A stretch of DNA of 62,735 nucleotides, counting the filler, from Circinaria calcarea (taxonomy: Eukaryota), in assembly GCA_051942165.1 (NCBI GenBank). It is 19 parts of 19 records of this genome, joined end to end, with 100 filler letters (N's around TTAATTAATTAA, not from the genome) between each part and the next. Parts side by side here need not be neighbours in the genome. Positions count along the whole stretch, not along the records: positions 49,654 to 52,850 come from JAVECS010002977.1; positions 52,951 to 56,145 come from JAVECS010002978.1; positions 56,246 to 59,440 come from JAVECS010002979.1; positions 59,541 to 62,735 come from JAVECS010002980.1; 15 more parts are not named here. One strand, written 5' to 3'. This document shows positions 50,640 through 62,735 of the stretch, piece after piece. Below the pieces are notes generated by a model. The model was not told the DNA's origin. It ran no database searches and was given only the letters and a program-made list of their open reading frames with translations. Within the stretch, counting starts at the first letter, position 1. Every line of letters begins with the position of its first letter. Position numbers and translations under genes: made by a program.

Positions 50640-50711
50640 TGCGATGCCAGGGACTCGAACCCTGCACTCAAGCATGGGAAGCTTGAATTTTAACCCCTAA
50701 ACTAGCATCGC
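50640..50711 (-). tRNA. tRNA-Gly(CCC), intronless
   Basis: GCGATGC/GCATCGC acceptor stem, CAAGC-TTCCCAT-GCTTG anticodon arm, CAGGG-TTCGAGT-CCCTG T arm; 72 nt; TTTT just downstream. Confidence 0.93.
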
Positions 50712-52234
50712 TGAAGCAGTTGTTCTTTATATCTCTTATTAATTTAAATATTCTCTTAAGCTTCAACTCGCCAAAAATTTGACTAACAGCCACTGCCCAG
50801 CCTGCTAAACCACACCAAACAGAGGATTCCAAGGTAATCTACTGTTATATCTTCTACACCTGATGTCTGTTGCGAATAATAAACAGGGGAGAACATCTAC
50901 AAGATAGATGAAGTCAGCGCTACGTTGCACTGCCTCGATGAGGGAGTTACAAATGATTTCGATCCTTCTGAATGGCCTTGTTCAACCAGGTTCAGGTGAC
51001 TTGGGGTGAGGCTGCCGGCTTTGGGACCGCTGCACTCTACTTGCGATAGATTGGTTCACAGAAAAATTTTCCGGGTGGGGGAGGGAAGAATGATCTGGAT
51101 GGGTCAAGTTATTGATTGGTATGTGGAAAGAATGTCTGTTCGACGAAAGAATGACCCCGTTGGGCCATCTGACCGGCACCCATCGCTCCGGTTGGAAACC
51201 CCTTTCCCAACGCGGACCAGAGGGGTCGAGCATGCTTCCCGTCGTCACTCCGGCTCGTCATCTACCGGTCTTCATCTAAACCGTCTGACAACATTTCTCC
51301 CGATGCCTTGCCCGGTCGCACCTACCACGTACCAGCAGCGCGATCACTTCGAACCGCTCCGCACCGGAACTGCGGAGACGGCCGAGACTGTTGCTTGAAA
51401 CTTTCACCAGCTGAGCAAAAACGGAATGGTCTGGTCCTCACCTACCACCCTCTTCCGAATGCGGGGAAGCGGCAAAATTGTCTGGAGAACGAATGCGGCG
51501 GCGGGTTTGACGGACGGTAAGGGCAAGAGGCGAGGGAGCAGCAGCGGCACCGGCAGCATCAATCATGACAAGATGATGAATGGGTCAGGCTAGCTTGTGG
51601 CGGTTATAAGGAGGCCTCGAGAAAAGATTTTCAATTTGCCCCGGAATGCATGACACCAGAATTTCCAAGCGAGCCGAAATGCTGACCGGTAACGGGCGCG
51701 GACTCGCAATGTTCTCGCCACGCCAGTCCATGGAGTAAATATCCTCCATGCCCACCTTTTCAGTGCACGGTAGAGCACATGAATCAATGACGACCGCCAT
51801 TGCTGCCGGCGCGATGAACTGATGCTGCTTTGCATGAGATGAGTACAGCTAGTGTGAACGGCGACTGGATCTTTTTAAGAATCACGGTTTTCAAATCAAA
51901 AAATACATTGGAAAGGTTCGGAGAAACCGTACAAATCCCACTCGACGTAGTTTAGAATCGATTAACACGTGGAAATACGGCTTCAGCGCCATGACACCCA
52001 CATGAATATGGGCTCATTTACGCATACTATCGATATCGAGTTCTATCGTAACGTTAGTAGGTAGTCGGGGTTATTCCTCCCAGAAGGCTACTGGCGACAT
52101 GAGACGCTTCTCCAAAACCAGGAATATCGAGAACCCCCTTCCCCATCCCTATCAAACCCCCGAGCACCCCTGGAATGGCCGTCTTGCAGTAATACACCGC
52201 AGCGCTGGCCACTCTTTCGTCCACCTCGATTCCT

Positions 52235-52850
52235 TTACAGGACCTTTCTCTGCAACCTAGACAACTCGTCACCATAATTCCGATCGTCATCTCCTTCCAC
52301 CTGCCTTTGCAACATCTCCATCTCTTTACACTGTCTCTGCCACTCGGTTTTGCTCATCTTGCTTTCCCTTTGAAAGAGTTCCTCATTCGGCTGACGGTAA
52401 GATCCTCCCAAGCGATCCCATAGCGTAGTGAATTGTCCGTAGTTGTAGTTAAAGTATAGATGATGCATCGTATGGCAGGCTGCACCGTTGATGATGGACG
52501 AGTTGGCAACGTATTCACCGTCATCTGCGAACAGGTGGATCAGCAAGAGGGACGGGGAAGGAAATCGGGCTCGGAGAACTCACGGATTGTGATAGTCCAG
52601 AAGTTGATGAAGATGAAAAGACCCACGTACGCAAACTTTTGAAGCGGGAAGAGAAAGGGAAAGACGTGATAGGGTATACTCTGAGCGAAACCATCCAGCG
52701 GGTGGAAGGCATGGCTTGCGTAGGGGGTTGGCATGATCCATTTGTGATGAGGCTTGTGTAACCGTTTATAGAGGGTTGGGTGATGGAGACCCCTGTGGAT
52801 CCAGTAAACGAAACAATCGGTAAAGGTGATGAAAAAAGGGAACTGCAAGA
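52235..52850 (-). CDS. ERG3: C-5 sterol desaturase, 5' partial
   Basis: His boxes [51 protein letters not shown]. Confidence 0.95.
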
Positions 52851-55059
52851 NNNNNNNNNNNNNNNNNNNNNNNNNNNNNNNNNNNNNNNNNNNNTTAATT
52901 AATTAANNNNNNNNNNNNNNNNNNNNNNNNNNNNNNNNNNNNNNNNNNNNCTCTCCCTCTCCCCACTGCTTTGGAAAATTGGCGTAGATAGTATCGTTCG
53001 AGTAGATGAAAAACGACCATTGTAGCTAGGCCCTTTTCTTTTGCCTTACTCGCTCCACCCTCACCCTCACCCTCACCCCTTCTCTTCTCATCTCATCTCC
53101 GAGGGGAGAAAGCCTCCCAAAAAAAATAACGTAGAACCCTAAACTTTAAATCTAAAACTAAAGCTAAACAGTTGACATTTGTCAAAAGCCCACAGAAAAA
53201 AACGCCAAACCATTCCGTTGGGCCCTTTTTTTACCCCCCCCTAGAACCTTCCTTCCCTTCCTTCCTTTCTTCCTTCTTCGTCGCCCGCCTGCCCTTTTTC
53301 GCTGCTGCAAAAAGTTTCTCCCCCCCCCCAAAAAAAAACAACTTTCCACGCTCCATCTATGCACAATGTTCGCTACCTTCATCATCATCATCATCGTCAT
53401 CATCATCAACGTCTGTCTCTACACACACACCTGTGTGACGTAAATCACTGCCGTCACTGCAATCACATCCGAACCCGAATCCGATTTCCAATCCAGCATC
53501 CAAAAAAGGATTCCCACATGCCATACCATACTCAAGCCCATACTCATACCATGCCTACGACTTGACTCGATGAGCGCTGAGCATTGAGCATTGAGAAATC
53601 ATGACCTCTGGTACTGCATCGCACCCGTTCTGCTGGTATCGCTTATTCGAATCCAAGGACGAAAAGACCCGCGCAGGAACAGCATGTCCGCCGCTGCGCA
53701 ACGGCCAACGATAGCCACCATACCAGCACACGGCCACCTCTTACCACCTTCCATCTTCCATCTTCGGCATCCAGAGGACAAGCAGATACATTATCGTGAC
53801 TTCTGGAAGCTCGTAGGATTGGCTGGCATGAGCAAAACGTATCGCCAGTGCAAATCGCACTAAAGGCCCAAATGCTCGCCTGTGTGCCGCTTGGCACACT
53901 CGCGTATTAGGGCTACCCGGAGCCCGGGAGCACCTTTCGGCCTGCTTTCGATGACCTACAACTGCGAGGGATACGATACGTGTATGTTGAAAGGGTATGT
54001 ACAGTATCAAACGGTAGGAACAGGTTTCCATGCAGGATATGCAACTCAGTTTGGTTTCTGATTGGTGGATTAGTTATCGAGTTCTGGCGGTGGTGCTTTT
54101 GCTTCGTTGTGGAGAGGATATCTTGAGGGCCGATACGAGTGCCCTGTACCATCACATCAACCACTTATGTCGACTGTATGATGGTGTAGCAAAGAATTTC
54201 ACCTAGCCTCCTTCCACAAAATCTGACGGACTTACGTCTATCATGTAAGTCATACCTCAGTGTACCAGGGGGGTATCTTCGTACTTATGTTATTCCATAG
54301 AGTCAGGACACCATGATCGACAACTGACACCAAAGGTCACTGAAGATCCTAGCTCACAAAGCTATGTAGAGACTCCCCGCATCTTAGATCACGAGTACTG
54401 ATATGAGTAGTATAGAATTTCTTTAAAACTTGGAAAGAGAGGCAACCAAGGTAAAGTCATCAAGTCCAAACGATGACGGAGGAACCCAAAGGTCTCCCAA
54501 AAGACAGTGGTGAGGTGGCATGCGGCGATCCCCATTAGTGCATATTGCGATTACTGACCCGAGTCGTTTAGAAGAGTCAAGAGAAACAAATGATTGGTAG
54601 AGGCAAGAGTAGAGAGTTGGAGAATGGTAGAAGGAAAAAGGAACTAGAAGAAAATTGTCATTCAATAGCTGGGAAATTGCAAAGAACGTATGTAAGAAGA
54701 TGCGATAAGGTATTATGCATAGCTGATAAACTTGACGCAGCAGATTTGTCGAGGCGTCACCATAGAGATCGACACGATAAGATCAAAGGAAACCCTGCTC
54801 GGGAAATTGCCACCCAACGAATGGAAACTTTGAATCCTTACTTATAGAAGTACGTTGAGGGAAAAATGCAGTTCTCATTGGCTAATAATTGTGATTTGGT
54901 AGAGACGCGAAGACCAAATTTCGCAGATGATCAATTGGTAAAGACATCAACTATATGATGTTGGAGGGGTAAGACCTTGGGACGTTGACATTTCGTAAGC
55001 AAGGAAGGCCATTTGAAAGACGGCGTTGGAGGGAAACAAAAGCTCTAGAATGTAGTGGA

Positions 55060-55106
55060 GGAAGGAGAAGGAGAAGGAGAAGAAGAAGAAGAAGAAGAAG
55101 AAGAAG
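55060..55106. repeat. (GGAGAA)n/(GAA)n microsatellite
   Basis: Seen directly; source of the spurious poly-R and poly-F ORFs. Confidence 0.85.
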
Positions 55107-56245
55107 ACGTGAAAAGAAAACGAGGAATGAGAAGAGAAAATGGAAGAATTTGAAAATAGAAATGAACACCGAAGGAAAATAAAGTTTGATAGCAGTAAAG
55201 TTCTTAGAAAACAGCAATACATGTTGACATCAATGCTCTTAGAAGAAGTACTGTCAGAGGAGGAGATCTAGGCTGAACGAAGGGTTGTGGTGGATGAGGG
55301 TGGTCAACAGGACTGAGGCTCGATAGGTACTACCTACCGGCCGGGCATAATGTTAGCATAACTAACGTAAAATTCAGCTAGTGGTATCACTGGAGAGATC
55401 GGGAGTTATCCAACGTCGCCTCTGTGAGTTGACCATTTTGGTGGAGCAGGCTAATACTTAGGGCATCTGGGGGAGAAAACCTTCCCACCAGGACTTGCTT
55501 CGGCAAGGTCTCCCTCTCGAAAGAGGTCCGAGCCCACATGCCTTCCGGGATATTTCTTCGGAAGTACCTCTCCGGGAGTGGTCATGACAATCTCTTTCGT
55601 TAAGGTGTTTACCTACCGGGATCTTAGCCAGGAGGACGGCATCGTGGGACGTTGTGAGTTGTAGGGATCAAAGCCCATGCCTTTGGTTCCGTGTGCCGGC
55701 GCTCAATAGGGGTCGGAAAGCCGGTTTTGTCGTATCTCAGTAGGGTCTTAACCCTCCTGCAGTGCGGCATTTCCCCCAGGCTTGGAATCCTGAGGACTCT
55801 GGGAGGCATTTGAGCTCGTGGTGCCGGAGGTAAGTCTTTCATTTAATGGGACTGTGCATAGGAAGGGGAAAGCTGGGCGTAATCGTTTGGCAAGAGAAGA
55901 TATCCCAGTGGGCTGGTAGCTATGCTATTCATGCTGGTGGCTCTGTCGGATCTTGATGACTAAGGGACATCTATACGGACGAAAGCTTCGGCCCAACTCC
56001 TTTCAGATAGTCTTCTTGGGCATGGCCACTGAGAGGACCAATCGTGAGGCGCTGGACGAGACTGTTTGCAGAAGGTGACGACTAGGATGCTAGTAACGAT
56101 TCGGTGGCCTTTCCCTTGATTTCGACCTCTGTTCATGCTTTTTGTNNNNNNNNNNNNNNNNNNNNNNNNNNNNNNNNNNNNNNNNNNNNTTAATTAATTA
56201 ANNNNNNNNNNNNNNNNNNNNNNNNNNNNNNNNNNNNNNNNNNNN

Positions 56246-56553
56246 TCATCTCCAGTCTCCGTCTCCACGGTGTATACAAATTCCGCAGGGTTGAACAAAT
56301 TTCCAAAGATCTCCGTTAGTAGTCCGAAAAAGAGCCATGTTTGAAGATACGCTTCAAGCTCTCGTATAGGTGTTGGGTTAGTCCACGTGTATATCCAATA
56401 CTGCAGATTATCCGTTTCAGGTGGTACATATGCAATGTCGGTGCGAAGTGGGTATGTTAGGAAAGGTCCTCCATCATATTCTTCCTGGCACACATATGGA
56501 ACTCGGTCGAAATCGGATAATACCGCGTCCTTGGGACGTGGCAGATGATCCAT
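56246..56553 (-). CDS. N-terminus of a HET-domain-family protein, 3' partial
   Basis: MDHLPRP..VPYVCQEEYDGGPFLTYP..LQTWLFFGLLTEIFG, the characteristic leader of this family. The HET domain itself is beyond the contig end. Confidence 0.7.
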
Positions 56554-58193
56554 TAGAGAATTTAGGAGGTATGAAAGTAACGCTGGGTGGAATGCAGATT
56601 GGGTTTACCTCAAGAAAATTTCAGCTAATTTTGACTCTCGACGACTTTCGACGATTTTCGATGATGGGCCGAACTGTAGGATTGCAGTATGAGGACAGGA
56701 GGATTGAGGGGTTCACACAACTTAATTGCCTTCACGGTGGTGGCTGCGAGGCTGTGCCGCATGTCTTATCTAGCAGATTATGAGCCTGAGGCTGCTCAGC
56801 CTGACAACTGCTGAACCGTTAACCAGATGTCCCACGAATTCGGAAATGCACATGTGGCAAAAGTGGTGGAAGGTTCTAGTTTCGTCATGCGGCTCTATGT
56901 ATAGAAGCCTTCGCTCACTACCGTGTTGAAACTCGAACTGTCTTTTTCTACCAAGCAATAGGAAGCTGCGCTCGCACGCAACTAAGGTTGAAGGGTTTCC
57001 GAGACGAGCACCGGGAATAAGACGCAGCACAATGAGTAGCATAGGACCCTTTACAGATGCATAATCCAAGGAGCTCTATAACTGGCGGCATGGTCCGCAG
57101 ATATTCTACCGGACAGAAGAAGCCTAGTCACCCTTGCTTCGTGCCTAACCCCTTCAAACTCGAAGGCGTATATGAATTACCACGCAGGAAGGACCGGCTG
57201 TGATATAGGGAAAGGGCAAGGTTGGGTTCGGATGAATTACCGATTAGAGTATTAGGAAAATAGCTAACACTATTTCTTCAACATCCATTCTACTACACGT
57301 CCATTTCAAGGGAAAATCTGCGCAGCTTTCTCCACAGTCTCTCCATGTAATAGGTAGCTCCTTTTAATTGACGATACTCTTAACAAATGAGTCGTTAATG
57401 ACAGACACTCCAACCCAAACTAATCCCCAAGTCAACCCAAGGAGCTCCACGGATTGTACTGTGACTTCCCACACTAGTAAAAGGGGGCTGTATATTGATC
57501 GGTGTGACGTTATAACAATCTTGATCCGGTCCAATTCTTCTCCCGATCGGAAACACACATATCCGACGCCATCGCGATTCCCGACACAACCTTCTTATTC
57601 TATACCCCTATTCGAAGATACCTACAGCAATCTCCTCATCACCTTGCCGGCACCGACTCCAAAGCTAACCCTTTCCCGCTCTGATGTTAGACTGGCAAAG
57701 ACAAGCAGCCTACTGCTACCCGAAAATCTTGTCGTGCCTCTTCGATTGACCGTTGTGCATATGGGGGTGAGGTTACCCCGAGGGCTTAATTCTGTCTCAC
57801 TGCATTACTTAAGTCACGCCACTTCAGCTTGTTTAACAGCTTAGGGGATATTGAACTAAAGGAAATATGTACCTTGGTTCTGAAACGTCCGGGCCAAAGC
57901 CTTGGAGCGGAGTCATTGAGGTCAAAATAATCTCTGACTACTGATGGTTGAAGGGAGAAAAACATAAAGTAGGGAGAGGGGATTCAGGTAGTTGGGGCTT
58001 AGCTGCACACTTATCGCCGATCAAAGTAATAGGAATGAGTACTGTATACAGGTTTTTTTGATGGAAAAACGGTTAGGTAGAAATGAAGACTGCTGATATC
58101 CGAGCAAATGATCGAAGAGTCATCCCGGCTTAGTGACGTATATAAATACCGGACTGACGAGATATCGACATGAATTGACAATTCGAAAGCGAA

Positions 58194-59345
58194 TCACAAG
58201 TCTCCGCTCCCCTTCTTACCAGATTTCTTCCACCGCTCCAGGCTGACATCGTAAGCGCCGCTGCCTTTCCAGGCGCTGATGATAAGGTTGACAATGTCAT
58301 CGACGCTCTTGCCATGTTTGACTACAGCGAAGATGGTGGGTCCGCCGTCTCTGGTGAGAAAAGAAATTGGTTAGAAAGATCCATTGCTGAGGCAGGAAAA
58401 AGATGGGCTTACCGCATCCTTCCAGCATCCCTCTCCATAACACTTAAATCCGCACCCACCGCTTCCGCCAAATCAATCTAACCCCTTCCGTCAGCATAGT
58501 CCCTTTGTCCATGTTCACCCTCTCCTAATCACAGAACAGAAAAACCAACCTTATTAACCACTAACAAATCACTCCCCGTAATCCCCGGTCCCCCTTTCCT
58601 CGGTACCTTATCCCCTCCGGCAACATCAATCACATAGATAATGAAATCCGCCAATTCCCGACTGTAATTCGCAGCTAGGTTATCGCCACCGCTTTCTATC
58701 AGCAGGAGATCTGTGGCAAAGGTTTGATGCAGCTGTTGCAGCGCAAGGAGGTTGGCCGAGATGTCTTCGCGCACGGCGGCGTGGGGGCAGCCGCCGGTTT
58801 CGATGGCAGAGATGCGGGAAGGAGGAAGTGCGTGGTTGCGGGTTAAGAATTCGGCGTCTTCTCTGATCGTTAAGAGGAGAAGGGATTAGCTGGAGCGGTT
58901 TGGGAGCGGAAAAGGGAGGTGTTGAATAGGAGCGTCGGGGTAGAATAGGATTACGTACCTAGTGAATATATCATTCGTAACAGCCGCGATACTGTACTCG
59001 TCTCGCAGCTTAAGGCAAAGAGCCAGCATCAACGCCGTCTTGCCCGAGCCAACAGGCCTATGAATCATATTTCAGTCAGAAACCACGCTCACAACGCTTT
59101 CCCTCCTCCATCACGACACCACTGCCCCAGCGAGCACCTTTCACTCATCCGGAAGCGTACCCACCAATTCCAACCGTGAAAGCACGATCGGTCCAATCTC
59201 TGCCCTCGATCAGAGGCATCTCACGGCCCATGAACGAGCCTGGTCCGTCCAGTATTTCGTGCGAATGGCCGTGTTCCGCCGCGCTAAATCCGGCATCATC
59301 GTGGATATGTGAGTGGGGACCCGCGTGGGCGTGCGAGTGAGCCAT
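58194..59345 (-). CDS. ureG: Urease accessory GTPase UreG, complete, multi-exon
   Basis: His-rich N-terminus, [54 protein letters not shown]. Confidence 0.96.
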
Positions 59346-59832
59346 TGCGGAAGAGAAAAAATCGAATAGGTGATGTAGAGTCGTACAGGTATCTTATCAC
59401 TAGACATTAGGCGTGAAGGAAATTCTGGTAGACCCCGCTTNNNNNNNNNNNNNNNNNNNNNNNNNNNNNNNNNNNNNNNNNNNNTTAATTAATTAANNNN
59501 NNNNNNNNNNNNNNNNNNNNNNNNNNNNNNNNNNNNNNNNTTTTTGGGGAGGGGGGGAGGGTGATGAGGATCTGGATGAGAAAGTGCCAGCTGAGTAGAG
59601 GAAATTTTCAGGGGCCAATCATCTTGTTGTACCAAGGTATCTATCCTAAAAAGTAACGTCAATCAGAGACGGGCAACGATATCATAAGAATATCAGGGAA
59701 GACAACTCGCTTTTGCTTTGTTTTCTATTCATCCAAAGCTCGTGAAATGAGGAACTTGTATTCTGTACAATCCCATGTCGAGTCATTACTAACCCAAATC
59801 TCTAATTTACAACATCAACCCAACAGGTCCTT

Positions 59833-61437
59833 TCAATAATGCCCGAACCGATCCGGAAGCACCACCGGCGCTATCAACGACCACCCGTAGATGACATAAC
59901 AGACCCAGGCACTAACAATCTTCACCCAACTAGCCCAGTATGTCCTCCCCACAGCTCTGAAATCCCCCGATTCCTCCTCAAAGTTAATGTTCTGCGTCAA
60001 CAACGTCGCCACCCAGGTTGTCGCAAGGAGAAAAATGACATGGAAGAGGGAGTAGTTGTATTGCGTACCGCCTCGCTCGTCGTCAGCGGCCTCTTTACCG
60101 TCATCTGAATCGTCGTCGTCATCTAGAGCATTGGCTGGTAGACTACCGGCCTCGACGGCAGCCCTTAGCGCTTCGGCGCGCATTTCCCGTCGGGAAGCTG
60201 AAGGTTGCTGGTCTACCAGGCCATGTTCATAGTCCTCGTCACCGACCTTGGAGTAAGCGTGACTACCTGACGAACCAAGGGCAATACCCTGGGTTGCAGC
60301 GCGGGTGGTTGTGTAGGCAATCGTCAACATAGTGACTATGGCGCCTAAGACGATGGAAGTGGTGCGAGTGCTTCGAGCGGCTCGAATGAACGGGTTGCAG
60401 TGATTATCGTCGGGCTCCATGCTGACCGCAGACATAGTTAGGTAAGTACAGTAGACGGCCACCATTGCGGATTGGGCTAAACCGGCTTTGGGGTTGTATT
60501 CTTGGACGGCAGGGTGGACAGAAATGAAAGATATGATAAGAAGGACTATCAGATTAACCTAGAGATCACAAATTAGCTTCGATAGGTAAAAGGGGTCCAG
60601 AATAACGTACTGTTATGGCAGCTTGATTCATAGAACAGCCACTATGAGCGAAGAAGATGTACATGACAATTGTCATGGCAAAGGACGCGGTGTACATGCT
60701 CAGGGTAGATCCAATAAGGAGGAAGCGCCAGCCTCGCGAATCATAAGTTTCAATCTTCTCCAGACAATACTCGGCATAGGTGTGGGCAAGATCGACAAGA
60801 AGAATTAAGCCCAGCAAGACGAAGAGCATAGCTCCGATGAAGGCGATGTAGTGACCCCATACTTGGAAGAAGCTCTCCGGAATCAGGAAGGTGAGGACTA
60901 CCAATGCCAACCAGAGTAAGATCTTGGGGCCCCAGTATCCATTCTGTAAACCAGCTCGGCTATCTTTGGACGACTTCACCCCAAGAAGAAGAAATGCAAA
61001 GATGAAGTGAAATAAGCCCAGAGCAAAGTTAACTCGCTGGACGGCGACGTAACCATGGCATTGTTTTCCCTGACAGGTGATGGTCATATATTCGAGCGTG
61101 AGATGCTCCAGCTTCTTCATCGCCCACGGCGTGAGCATAAGCCATGATAATATCGAGTTAACCAGGAGGATGAAGGCATATGCGATCCGAGTGGCCATGC
61201 TGAGGGTCGATGTTAGATGTAATGACGAAGAACCGATCTGAAGCTCCCCACCTGCTTTGAAATTTCCCACAAGCGCTGCATACTGCCGAACATGTTGCTG
61301 CTCCACAGCACGAAGCTCCGAAAGTGACAAGCTGTGGGATCGCTCATCAGTAAGAGACCGAGGTTCCACCTCAGAAGAAGACTCACAGTACTCAAACTCG
61401 GTAAAGCAAGAAGTGGCAGAGACAATAAGGCGCCCAT
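59833..61437 (-). CDS. TMS1: Serinc/TMS1 membrane protein, complete, multi-exon
   Basis: MGALLSLP, SMATRIAYA, RAGLQNGYWGPK, NPKAGLAQSAMVAVYCTYLT, YNYSLFHVIF, WVKIVSAWVCY..APVVLPDRF. Confidence 0.95.
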
Positions 61438-61952
61438 GGTCAGTGTGGAAGGAGAATGTGGGATTTAGAACGATGCTGCAGAGCGCTCGATGGTCGTTGA
61501 CGATGATGCAGGTAAATGCTTAAGTTGCGGCAGGCAGGGACCGCCACCAATCCTTAAAGTATCTAAATATAGGTCGATCCGCCGGGTGCGATTAGCCGAG
61601 CTTTGCGCCCGAAAATTCCTACGATTGCCGTGGGGGATGGGGATTGGCATCGAAGGATCATCGCTATCACGCAAACCTCCGGGGACTGATAAGATCGCTC
61701 GATACGCCCACAGCACAGCAGAGAATTGCTAGTGACTGCAGTCAGAGTTCACACTTTTGACTTTATGCATGTATCGAACACCATCACGCCTTGTCAGCAG
61801 CCTCACGTCATCAAAGCGTGCAACTTGGAGCGGTCTAGAAGTTGCTTATCTATACCCCTTCTCGGTCGTCTATATCGATGGCAGTGTGAGAAGGAGCCGT
61901 CCCACTACGAGCACATCAATCCCATAGCCAACGATATCCATCGTCTGCCAAG

Positions 61953-62735
61953 ATGTCGGAGAAGACGTTGAGACAAGCACGCATCGTCTCTGTCGTTGCG
62001 GCCACGGTAATATCGCTTTCGTGTGGTACAAATGTAAGTCGTGGCCGAGGACTCTGGCCTACATTGAGTAGTAGCTAATTGCCTTACAGTACGTCTATTC
62101 GGCATGGGCTCCTCAATTCGCCGACAGGATGAAACTGTCGTCCACTCAAAGCAACTTAATTGTGCGTGGAGAAAATACAAAGACGTTGCTATGGCTAATT
62201 ATGTCAAGGGGGTTTTTGGAAATCTGGGCATGTACGCATGTGGTATACCCGTGGGTCTGCTAGTCGACTCGAAGGGACCACGGCCGGGGGTGCTCTTGGG
62301 AGCTACCTTGCTTGGAACAGGCTACTTCTCCTTGCACAGTGGTACGACACCGAGAATATCACCTTGTCAGGCGCCGCTCACTAGTGGCAGCATATGATGC
62401 CGGACCTGGATCAGTCGCCCTACCATGGCTGTGTCTGTTTTCCTTCATGACCGGTTGCGGCAGTGCCGCTGCATTCTCGGGATCCATCAAGACTTGTAAG
62501 GCATCCAGACGCAATCTAGTCATTGGCTTAGACATCTCCAGCTGCTACGAACTGGCCGAACCATCGAGGGACTGCCACCGCATTTCCGCTGTCGGCCTTT
62601 GGTCTCAGTGCGTGTTTATTCTCAACAGTGTCGAGAGCAGCATTTCCCGCCAACGCCTCGCATTTCTTGCTCATGCTCGCACTGGGAACTTTCTCGATGG
62701 CCTTCTTAGGCTGTTTCTTCCTACGTATTGTTCGG
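61953..62735 (+). CDS. MFS transporter, Mch1/nodulin-like family, 3' partial
   Basis: VISLSCGTN|YVYSAWAPQFA..SNLI|GVFGNLGMYACGIPVGLLVDSKGPR..NWPNHRGTATAFPLSAFGLSA. Confidence 0.85.

Noticed and set aside
54947..55222. Poly-Arg, poly-Phe and poly-Leu ORFs
   Set aside because: Translations of a GAA/GGAGAA microsatellite.
56070..56090. GDD triplet suggesting an endogenous viral RdRp
   Set aside because: Immediately followed by a stop, with no motif A or B upstream.
58194..59345. ureG as a bacterial horizontal transfer
   Set aside because: It has spliceosomal introns and the His-rich N-terminus normal for eukaryotic UreG.
3227..59540. Regularly spaced TTAATTAATTAA repeats as a CRISPR-like or biological array
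   Set aside because: Embedded in fixed N runs; an artificial six-frame-stop linker.

Overview
This window is not contiguous genome. It is 19 unrelated eukaryotic contigs of about 3.2 kb, ordered by decreasing length (3226 down to 3195 bp). They are joined by an artificial 100-bp spacer (44 N + TTAATTAATTAA + 44 N; stops in all six frames), so nothing can be inferred from gene neighbourhood across spacers. The DNA is from a filamentous ascomycete (short GT..AG introns with CTAAC/CTGAC branch points, Pezizomycotina-type proteins). Recognisable genes, mostly truncated by contig ends: short/branched-chain acyl-CoA dehydrogenase, spartin/senescence-domain protein, ABCC transporter C-terminus, PPE1, a beta-lactamase/LovD-like esterase, ARMH3/DUF1741, a HeLo-like N-terminal domain protein, MYST acetyltransferase (Sas3), SMN, a lipocalin-like protein, an Mx-like dynamin, YOS1, an RRM-like protein, ARB1, a Ysc84/SYLF protein, ERG3, a HET-family N-terminus, UreG, TMS1, an MCH1-like MFS transporter and one tRNA-Gly(CCC). 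Less obvious items not shown by the ORF track: a 362-bp MITE with ~48-bp TIRs, an adjacent degenerate foldback element, an O-methyltransferase pseudogene whose stops fit CpA>TpA mutation, a RIP-like degenerated gene in contig 1, and a perfect 138-bp inverted duplication truncating PPE1 (probably chimeric). I did not find a convincing new multi-gene biological system.
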